From contig BTVI01000062.1 in the NCBI GenBank assembly GCA_045862955.1, forward strand, positions 1 to 14,957: DNA of 14,957 nucleotides, in the 5' to 3' direction. The position numbers were made by a program, and so were the translations under genes. The stretch is from Fimbriimonadales bacterium (GTDB lineage: Bacteria; Armatimonadota; Fimbriimonadia; Fimbriimonadales; JABRVX01). Within the stretch, counting starts at the first letter, position 1; each line of letters starts with the position of its first letter. Below the pieces are notes generated by a model. It was not told where the DNA came from. It ran no database searches and saw only the letters and a program-made list of their open reading frames with translations. Positions 1 to 6,338 of the stretch are shown here, piece after piece.

Positions 1-25
1 TGCGGCTCTCGTTGCGTTCTCTGCG

Positions 26-340
26 TGGCAATCTGGGCCGGCGGACGCGGGACGGGGCATTGGGAAGGGACCCCCTCCTTAAGGTTCCCCCTTCCGCAGA
101 GGCTACAGGGGGAACCGTTTCTCGAGGTTCCCCCGCCGCAGACACTCCAGGGGGAACCGCTGTCCTCACGCCGCCCCTTGCTGTATCTGACCCCGGCGGC
201 TCTTCTTACGTCCTCTGATTGGCAATTCGATCTGGGCGCGGGCAGGGGCATTGGGAAGGGACCCCCTCCTTAAGGTTCCCCCTTCCGCAGAGCCTCCAGG
301 GGGAACCGTTTCTCCTCGCGCCGCCTCTCACTGTCTGCGA
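26..340. repeat. Two imperfect direct copies (about 26-190 and 220-340) of a palindromic REP-like element containing three GGTTCCCCC...GGGGGAACC hairpins
   Basis: 54-101 is identical to 245-292 (offset 191). Hairpins lie at 83-116, 126-158 and 274-307, with 9-10 bp stems and similar loops (CCGCAGA core). The first copy carries an internal duplication of the hairpin. Confidence 0.85.
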
Positions 341-428
341 TTGCTGCAGATCTCTCTTCGTCCTTCGCGTGGCAAGGCGGAAAGGCGAACAGCGGGTAGG
401 GCACGGAAACATCGTCGCGGAGGCGAGA

Positions 429-890
429 TTACGTTTCTGCGGCCGCACGAGCCAGGATCTCTGCCACCAGCTCGTCGGTGTTCATGAAAGGGTATTGAAG
501 GCGCCAGCGGCGACCTGCTGGCAAGATGATGCGGTCCCGGCCATTAGAGAGGACGACCGTCTCGCCGTTGCGCGTCACATCCAATTTTTCGTCCAGGTCG
601 AGCCGGTGCGTGCCCAGGAGAGAGCTCTCTACCACCTCTTCGGGCCCGATCCGGATCACCAGCGACTGCTCGTACAGCCTAGCCCCAAGGGATGGTGCGA
701 GGACTAACGGGCACAAGCTGAGTGCACAGGCGGCCACCGCCAACCCACCCTGGCGATCGCGCAGGGCCCGTCCAGCCAGGGGAAGCAGGTGCCACATCGC
801 CAGAAACCAGGCCGCGCCAAGAGCACACACGGCCGCCCAGAAGTAGGCCGTCAGGTCTGGCATGGCTAGTCGAAACACGTACTCGTCCAT
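429..890 (-). CDS. Hypothetical membrane protein (two N-terminal hydrophobic segments followed by a beta-rich domain, possibly bacterial PH-like)
   Basis: 153-aa ORF with ATG start and hydrophobic stretches AYFWAAVCALGAAWFLAMW and GLAVAACALSLCPLVLA. A -10-like TAGAGT lies 9 nt upstream of the ATG. The PH-like call is inference only. Confidence 0.7.
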   Translation of the reverse strand: MDEYVFRLAMPDLTAYFWAAVCALGAAWFLAMWHLLPLAGRALRDRQGGLAVAACALSLCPLVLAPSLGARLYEQSLVIRIGPEEVVESSLLGTHRLDLDEKLDVTRNGETVVLSNGRDRIILPAGRRWRLQYPFMNTDELVAEILARAAAET

Positions 891-937
891 CCCAAGAGCA
901 CTCTACGTAGGGTGCGCTACGCGTTTTTAACAGACTG

Positions 938-1028
<91 letters not shown>

Positions 1029-1084
1029 GCGACTGTCCCACGTCGCAAGTTCCAAAGGGAAAGCGCCGCCGAGGAGCGACGCGC

Positions 1085-1160
1085 TGGCGCCCCCGGAGGG
1101 AATCGAACCCCCGACGCCTTCCTTAGGACGGAAGCGCTCTATCCACTGAGCTACGGAGGC
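1085..1160 (-). tRNA. tRNA-Arg(CCT)
   Basis: Reverse complement GCCTCCG TA GCTC AGTGGATA GAGC G CTTCC GTCCTAA GGAAG GCGTC GGGGG TTCGATT CCCTC CGGGGGC G CCA; 76 nt, anticodon CCT at 1127-1125. Confidence 0.96.
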
Positions 1161-1169
1161 GCACCCAGG

Positions 1170-1175
1170 ATGATA
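1170..1175 (-). promoter_or_regulatory. Putative sigma70 -10 box (TATCAT) for the tRNA-Arg/tRNA-Ser pair
   Basis: TATCAT on the minus strand 9 nt upstream of the mature tRNA-Arg 5' end. No clear -35 was seen. Confidence 0.45.
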
Positions 1176-1289
1176 CCCAATCCTGCCCGAACCGCCCATC
1201 GGTGCAGTCTCGGAGCAGCAGCCCCACCGCAAAAATGCGGGTATTACCCCTTAGTCCCGGTCGCGAGGGCTATTGCCGTCTCGCAGCCC

Positions 1290-1317
1290 TTCCCACCGAA
1301 TGCCGCACGGGTATAAT
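1290..1317 (+). promoter_or_regulatory. Putative sigma70 promoter for the riboswitch/asnB-like transcript
   Basis: Perfect TATAAT at 1312-1317 and weak -35 TTCCCA at 1290-1295 (16-nt spacer). A cUACGg-capped hairpin (1329-1344) follows immediately, then the aptamer. Confidence 0.6.
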
Positions 1318-1350
1318 GGCCTCGGAACGCGAACTACGGTTCGCCTCCGG

Positions 1351-1467
1351 GCTCACGTCGAGTTCCCGCAGTGCGGGAAGCGGGGGACCCAACGATGGGG
1401 TGTATCCCGGCATCGCCGGGAAGGGTACTTCTGGCCCGAACCCGACAGCTAACCTCGCAGACGAAGC
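1351..1467 (+). ncRNA. Cyclic di-AMP riboswitch (ydaO/yuaA class)
   Basis: Contains the family hallmarks in order: GCGGGGGACCCA...TGGGGTG(T)ATC...AGGG...GCCCGAACCCGACAGCTAACCTCG(C)AGACG. P1 is CGTC/GACG, with hairpins TTCCCGC/GCGGGAA and CCCGG/CCGGG. It sits between a TATAAT box and a CDS on the same strand. Confidence 0.92.
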
Positions 1468-1566
1468 AGGAGAGCCTCGAGCCGACTACGGTCCCGAAGC
1501 TCCGCAAGATCGTCTCAGCTTCGTACTCTCGACTCGACAAGGGGTCGGCGCAAAGGACGGTTGGTC

Positions 1567-3036
1567 GTGAGCGGTATCGTCTGCACAATCTCGGTCGGGG
1601 ATGCGAAGTCAGTGTCCAAGATGCTGTCGCGAATCCGGCATCGAGGACCGGACGGTTCCAGCGTGCTTCAGCAGGCGCGCATGATCCTTGGCCAACGCAT
1701 TCACGCGGTACTCGATCGTCTGCCCAACGCGGCTCCCACCGTCAGTGCTGACGGCAAGCGAATGGTAGCCTTCAACGGAAGGTTGTTCAACGGCGAACAG
1801 CTTCGCAGAAGGCTGGGCAGCCCGTGGGAGACCGACAGCGACACCGAAACCCTGATCCGCCTCTTCGAAGCGAAGGGTGTGAGTTGCGTAAACGAACTGG
1901 ACGGTCAGTTCGCCTTCGTCATGGCCGACGGAGCGCACTTCTTCGTTGCCAGGGACCCCATCGGCGTGAAGCCCTTGTATTACGCCACTCGCGATGAGGG
2001 GCGCATCTTCGCCTCAGAGCTAAAGGCCTTCGGCAAGATGTGTACCGACTTCCGCGAGTTTCCACCCGGCTGCTACTTCCACTCGAAGCTCGGCACCGGG
2101 AGGTTCTATCAGTTACCCGTTCCGCAGGGTCGCAGCATGTCTATCGGCCAAGCCGCACTTCGCATCCGGCTCGAGGTCGAGACGGCTGTCGGCAAGCGCG
2201 ACATGTCTGACCAGCCTGTCGGAGTCTTTCTCTCGGGAGGTCTGGATAGCTGCATCTTGGCGTGGGTCATGCGGCAAGCCCATGGCAACGTGGATACGTT
2301 CTCGGTCGGCATGAGAGGCAGTCACGTCTCACGTGCTGCCATAGATGCCGCTGAGGAGCTCGATACCGATCACCGTCATCGCACTCTAACTGCCGATGAG
2401 GTGATCGAGGTGCTGCCAAGAGTCATCTACCTGCTCGAGTCATTCGACGCGCAGACCGTTCGGTCGGCAGTATGCAACTACTTCCTGGCTGAAGAGGCCA
2501 GTAAGCATGTATCCTCCGTTCTTAGTGGGGATGGCGCTGACGAGATCTTCGGGGGCTATGAGCGTCTGAGGGAGCTGCCTCCCTCGGAGCGCCGCGCGAT
2601 GATGTGGCGCCTTGCTTCCGGGCTCCACAACACCGTGCTCCAGAGGATGGACAGGATGACTGCAGCGCACGGGTTGGAGGCGCGAGTGCCTTTCCTCGAT
2701 CGCCGCGTGATCGCACTCGCGTTCTCCATCCCTGACTGGATGAAGGCAGGGGCGAACGGCGAGACCAAGTGGATTCTGCGCCATGCTTACAACGACGTGT
2801 TGCCCAATCGCATCCTCCGCCAGCCGAGGGCGCCGATGGACGTTGCTGCCGGAGTGGCGGCAGTCCTGAAGCGCTATGCCGAGAGAGAAATTAGCGATCA
2901 GGAGTTCCAGTGCGAGCGGATTGTCCCCTGGACGGACCTGCTTCGAAGCAAGGAAGAGGTGTTGTACTACAGGATTTGGCGTCGCAGCTTCCTGCCCGAG
3001 ATGGCGAGGTTGGTGGGGCGCACGATAGAGACTTGA
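1567..3036 (+). CDS. asnB: Asparagine synthetase B family amidotransferase-like protein with degenerate glutaminase domain (N-terminal Ser instead of Cys)
   Basis: Motifs HRGPD, FNG, SDTE, ARDPIGVKPLYY, PP-loop LSGGLDS, SGDGADEIFGGY and RMDRMTAAHGLEARVPFLD. GTG at 1567 has SD AAGGA 9 nt upstream and gives M-S-G-I in place of canonical M-C-G-I (ORF track starts at TTG 1561). The family is secure; the exact activity is not. Confidence 0.85.
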   Translation: MSGIVCTISVGDAKSVSKMLSRIRHRGPDGSSVLQQARMILGQRIHAVLDRLPNAAPTVSADGKRMVAFNGRLFNGEQLRRRLGSPWETDSDTETLIRLFEAKGVSCVNELDGQFAFVMADGAHFFVARDPIGVKPLYYATRDEGRIFASELKAFGKMCTDFREFPPGCYFHSKLGTGRFYQLPVPQGRSMSIGQAALRIRLEVETAVGKRDMSDQPVGVFLSGGLDSCILAWVMRQAHGNVDTFSVGMRGSHVSRAAIDAAEELDTDHRHRTLTADEVIEVLPRVIYLLESFDAQTVRSAVCNYFLAEEASKHVSSVLSGDGADEIFGGYERLRELPPSERRAMMWRLASGLHNTVLQRMDRMTAAHGLEARVPFLDRRVIALAFSIPDWMKAGANGETKWILRHAYNDVLPNRILRQPRAPMDVAAGVAAVLKRYAEREISDQEFQCERIVPWTDLLRSKEEVLYYRIWRRSFLPEMARLVGRTIET

Positions 3037-3060
3037 TCCTTCCCGTATAACCTCACGCAT

Positions 3061-3105
3061 CGCGCCGCCGTGCCGGCACTCACGGCGGCGCGTTCTCGTG
3101 TTCTT
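3061..3105 (+). terminator. Probable terminator hairpin between convergent genes
   Basis: Perfect 12-bp stem CGCGCCGCCGTG / CACGGCGGCGCG (3061-3072 / 3081-3092) with an 8-nt loop, 25 nt after the asnB-like stop. The following T tract is weak (TTCTCGTGTTCTT). Confidence 0.55.
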
Positions 3106-3200
3106 GTGGCCCGATCCAGGGACGGTGACGCCGCGCGTTGTCGGCCGTCACTGCAGTGCCGAGTGAACTGAGACCGCTAGCGGCGGATGGCGCGCGACGC

Positions 3201-3731
3201 TTAGAGCCGAGTGCGGGCCGTCGCGCGCAAGAGGCCAGACCAACGGCGAACGATAGGCCCCTCGTATGCCGGCACTCGAGGTTGCAGGCGGTGAACGGTG
3301 GCTTCCAGATGAGCCGTGGGAACGCCATCCACGAGTGCGGGGCCCCGGAGCCGCCCTTCGACATGGTAGCCGCCCCGCAGGGCACCGTATTCGTAGTTCG
3401 GTCCTGCGCCGAACGCTCCAGTCTCGCCGATCACCGATCCGGCTAGCAGGCTCACCCCTTCGGAGTTGGCCAGCCAGATCTGCAAGCGAAGGCCCTGTCC
3501 TGGCATCGGCACCAGCGAAACCTTGTCGGACCGGCCGTCGGAGCTGACGATCTCGCCCTCGTAGCAGTACTCACGAAAGGCGGCCGAGGAGAAGTCTGCC
3601 GTCGCTAGGTCTGCGGCCGTCATGACAGGCAGACCGCGAGTACCGACCGACTGCACCAGCCACAGCATGGAGACAGTGACGAGCGCGGCTACCAAGGCTG
3701 CGGCAATCAGGAAGGGAATGAGCAGCCTAAT
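3201..3731 (-). CDS. Hypothetical membrane-anchored protein, paralog 3 of 3 (GPALVDG motif); probable ATT start
   Basis: N-terminal TM LLIPFLIAAALVAALVTVSMLWLV; shares GPALV(D/N)GxP and RWxGxL motifs with the two upstream ORFs. ATT at 3731 overlaps the upstream TAG and has GAGGGG 7 nt upstream. The ORF-track alternative start is 3791. Confidence 0.75.
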   Translation of the reverse strand: MRLLIPFLIAAALVAALVTVSMLWLVQSVGTRGLPVMTAADLATADFSSAAFREYCYEGEIVSSDGRSDKVSLVPMPGQGLRLQIWLANSEGVSLLAGSVIGETGAFGAGPNYEYGALRGGYHVEGRLRGPALVDGVPTAHLEATVHRLQPRVPAYEGPIVRRWSGLLRATARTRL

Positions 3732-4260
3732 GGCCGAACCCCTCGGCGAAGAGCACGCCAGCCCACCTTCTCGGCTGACTGCCTCGTACACCCGGCCGGG
3801 GCTCGCCTGTCACCTCGATTCGCACTGCGGGCGCCCCGTCGACGAGGGCAGGGCCCCGCACCACCCCGGATAGCTTCTCGAATATCGGGAAGCCAACGCT
3901 GCTACTCGTCAACCCGGCCTGAAACTTGCCCGTCGCATGGTCAACCAGCCCGATCAAGTTGACGGCTCCCTCGCCTCGGCTCAGTACGACGGTGATGGCG
4001 ACACGAGGTGCGCCGGCTTCGGGAAAGCTGACAGACATCCAGTCGGCGGGGCTGCCTTCGGCAGGCAGTACCCCGCTGTACGACCACCGAGGCGCCGCCG
4101 CGGCTAAGAAGGGAGAACTGGCGAGTCCCGCTGCAGAGACCGAGGGGATGTCTCTCAGCATCAGGTGCATGACCGCCGAGCGCAACCCGAGGCCGACGAC
4201 CACGGCCACCAGCACAGTGGCAAGACCGAACGCCAAGAACCCCTGTGCCCTGCGGTTCAC
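3727..4260 (-). CDS. Hypothetical membrane-anchored protein, paralog 2 of 3
   Basis: GTG at 4260 overlaps the upstream stop (GTGA) with SD AGGAG 6 nt upstream; 177 aa; MNRRAQG followed by TM FLAFGLATVLVAVVVGLGL; motifs VRGPALVDGAP and RRWAGVL. Confidence 0.8.
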   Translation of the reverse strand: MNRRAQGFLAFGLATVLVAVVVGLGLRSAVMHLMLRDIPSVSAAGLASSPFLAAAAPRWSYSGVLPAEGSPADWMSVSFPEAGAPRVAITVVLSRGEGAVNLIGLVDHATGKFQAGLTSSSVGFPIFEKLSGVVRGPALVDGAPAVRIEVTGEPRPGVRGSQPRRWAGVLFAEGFGH

Positions 4261-4802
4261 GGTGACTCCTGAACGACCAGATGCCCCACCCAGCGGTCCC
4301 TGTCGCCGTCGGCGGCCTCTGCCGTGGAAACGGGGCACGCTTCGAGATAGAGGGTGGGGACTCCGTTCACCAGTGCGGGGCCGGCTACCCGGCCCTCCAC
4401 GCGGCGAAAGTCGGTGAAGCGCGACGATACGTTCTCGACGTACAGGTGAAGCGCGCCGGTCGCCGGGTCCACCCATCCGGCGAAGCTTCGTGTCCCCAAG
4501 CCGTCCGCCAGAGTCAGCTCCAAGCGAACCGGCTGGGGAGACGTAAGGGTCACCGGGGCGCTCCCCCAGCGCTCTGCTGTGACACCACTTACCCGCACCC
4601 AGTGCTCCTGCCTGCCGGATCGCACAAACCCCGCAAAGGAGTGGCTCACCAGCGCCCTGGTGTCGGTCGGAACCGACTGGAGTTGCCCCGAGGAGGCGCG
4701 AGGGAGGGCACGCCAAGGATACTGGGAGAGGAGCGATACCCAGACGAAGACGACGAGCACGGCCGTCAGTGCGGCACTGACAGCGAAGACTGCATACCTC
4801 AA
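4257..4802 (-). CDS. Hypothetical membrane-anchored protein, paralog 1 of 3
   Basis: TTG start with SD GAGGAG 7 nt upstream; 181 aa; TM AVFAVSAALTAVLVVFVWVSLL; motifs VAGPALVNGVP and DRWVGHL. Confidence 0.8.
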   Translation of the reverse strand: MRYAVFAVSAALTAVLVVFVWVSLLSQYPWRALPRASSGQLQSVPTDTRALVSHSFAGFVRSGRQEHWVRVSGVTAERWGSAPVTLTSPQPVRLELTLADGLGTRSFAGWVDPATGALHLYVENVSSRFTDFRRVEGRVAGPALVNGVPTLYLEACPVSTAEAADGDRDRWVGHLVVQESP

Positions 4803-4866
4803 CGCCTGCTCCTCACGCGGACGGTGTCACCTGGGGATGTCGAGGCGCAAGCCACAGCCCTCGCGT

Positions 4867-5436
4867 TCAATAGCGGTTCCTCGAAAGCGCAATGATTGCG
4901 TAGATGCCGGAGCCTGCGCCGATGATCTGGACCCAAGGGCTATTGGTAATACCGTGAACCCACGCTGGGTCGTAAGGCTTCAGGAAGTAGCCGAGAACGT
5001 AGAGTCCCAAGCACGTGCCGGGCACCAAGGCGAGAAGCGCCGGGCGAATCCATCGGCGCAGGTTCCAGCCAAACCCGGCGCGGGCTCCCACCTCGGCCTC
5101 GTAGACCGAGTACGCCGCGGCAGCGCGGACGAATGCGGCGCGGCACTCGGAGCAATCGGCCAGGTGCGCCTCCCGTCGCCCGCGCTCAACCGCCGAGCCC
5201 TCACCCGCGATGTATTCCGCAAGCTCGTTGCTGCTAATGTGCTCGGTGACAACGACTTCTTGTCCCGCAGCGCGAATCAGATCCACTCCGGCCTTCAGGC
5301 GCGCAACCGCGGCCTGCGCTTCTTCGGACCGCGTCACCAACACTGCCATCCGAGCTGCCTCGTCGCGTGACATCTCACCCGCGACGAGGCGCTCCAGATC
5401 GTCCAGCACTTCCTTGTTGCGGCGGGGAAGTCGCAT
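4867..5436 (-). CDS. Zinc-binding anti-sigma factor (ZAS / zf-HC2) with two C-terminal TM segments
   Basis: H66-x24-H91-x3-C95-x2-C98 (EH...LAEYIAGE...EAHLADCSEC); starts 13 nt downstream of an ECF sigma; hydrophobic segments PALLALVPGTCLGLYVLGYFL and WVQIIGAGSGIYAIIALS. Confidence 0.85.
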   Translation of the reverse strand: MRLPRRNKEVLDDLERLVAGEMSRDEAARMAVLVTRSEEAQAAVARLKAGVDLIRAAGQEVVVTEHISSNELAEYIAGEGSAVERGRREAHLADCSECRAAFVRAAAAYSVYEAEVGARAGFGWNLRRWIRPALLALVPGTCLGLYVLGYFLKPYDPAWVHGITNSPWVQIIGAGSGIYAIIALSRNRY

Positions 5437-5448
5437 ATCAGTCCGTCC

Positions 5449-6180
5449 TCACAGCGTCGTAGCCGAACACCCGCTAACTCCGTACCTTGCCAGCAGGTGC
5501 GGATAGGACTCTGACAGAATGCGCTCGAGGCCTCGCAAGCCGTCGAACACCCGCTTCCTGCTTGTGCCCACCGAGATTCCCAGCAGACCCGCGATGTCGC
5601 TGTGGCTCAGAGCATCGAAGAAACGGAGGCTGATGGCGAGGCGCTGATGCTCCGGCAGCTTACGCACCGACAGCCGCACCGCTGCGACGTCCTCCGAGGG
5701 CAGGTCCATATGCACTGCGACACCCGCTGCGGCCTCGAGGGGCTCCGTCATCTCTGCTTGTTCGCGTGCTCGCGCTACGATGAGTCGGAGCGCCCGTGTG
5801 GTGACGACGGAGACATATGCAGCCAGCGGACAGCGCCCCTCCCATGCGCAGACGGCGTCCCAGCCGTCGGCTGTCAGGCGGGCCCACGCTTCCTGTTCCA
5901 AGTCCTCGGAGTCCAAGATGCCGGCGGACCGTCCCGAGCACAAGTAGCGGACCAGGAAATCGAATCTCCGCACCATCTCACCAGCTGCATCGGGGTCGCC
6001 CAATCGGAGCCGAGCAACCAACTCACTGTCGCTCCAGTCGCGCGGGCGACCGAGGATGCGGCGCGGAGGCTTACCGCTGGTCCGGGAGACGACCGCGTAC
6101 GAACTCCTTAGCCCTCCTTCTGCCTCGGAGCTCACCGTCGGAGGCCGCGCGCTGCAGCGCAGCCCCCCTGCGGGCTTCAT
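5449..6180 (-). CDS. ECF-type RNA polymerase sigma factor (sigma70 family); start uncertain (6237, 6180 or 6135)
   Basis: N-terminal SDSELVARLRLGDPDAAGEMVRRF, region 2 DSEDLEQEAWARL and region 4 LPEHQRLAISLRFFDALSHSDIAGLLGISVGTSRKRVFDGLRGL; adjacent to a ZAS anti-sigma. Confidence 0.9.
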   Translation of the reverse strand: MKPAGGLRCSARPPTVSSEAEGGLRSSYAVVSRTSGKPPRRILGRPRDWSDSELVARLRLGDPDAAGEMVRRFDFLVRYLCSGRSAGILDSEDLEQEAWARLTADGWDAVCAWEGRCPLAAYVSVVTTRALRLIVARAREQAEMTEPLEAAAGVAVHMDLPSEDVAAVRLSVRKLPEHQRLAISLRFFDALSHSDIAGLLGISVGTSRKRVFDGLRGLERILSESYPHLLARYGVSGCSATTL

Positions 6181-6338
6181 CGCTATGAATTTGAGCCAAG
6201 CGCCAAAAGGCGCGAGCGCGAGTTGCAAGCTATTCATTACGAGTGGGTCGACTCACCGGGTGGCCGTCGGCGTACTCCATTGTAACCCGATTTCGGCTCG
6301 AGTGCGGCTGAAGGTGCCCGGCCTCGCAGGAGGTCGTC

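Noticed and set aside
12..487. Short ORFs with repeated peptides (GHWEGTPSLRFPLPQ, GRDPLLKVPPSAE)
   Set aside because: These are by-products of the DNA repeat appearing in different frames, with no SD or protein-like composition.
1567..3036. Lasso-peptide or other RiPP cluster built on the Cys-less AsnB homolog
   Set aside because: No precursor peptide, B1/B2 (RRE/peptidase) or transporter genes are adjacent, and the motifs remain close to true AsnB.
4261..4716. N-terminal extension of the 329-aa ORF 3727..4716
   Set aside because: It overlaps paralog 1 in another frame and is low-complexity. The SD-supported, coupled GTG at 4260 matches paralog length.
6100..6290. Leader peptide (MEYADGHPVSRPTRNE, minus strand), ECF autoregulatory promoter or RNA motif upstream of the sigma gene
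   Set aside because: There are small hairpins, a TACAAT box and SD-like AAGGAG motifs with no following start codon, but nothing matches a recognisable consensus. The short ORF's ATG overlaps the -10 box.
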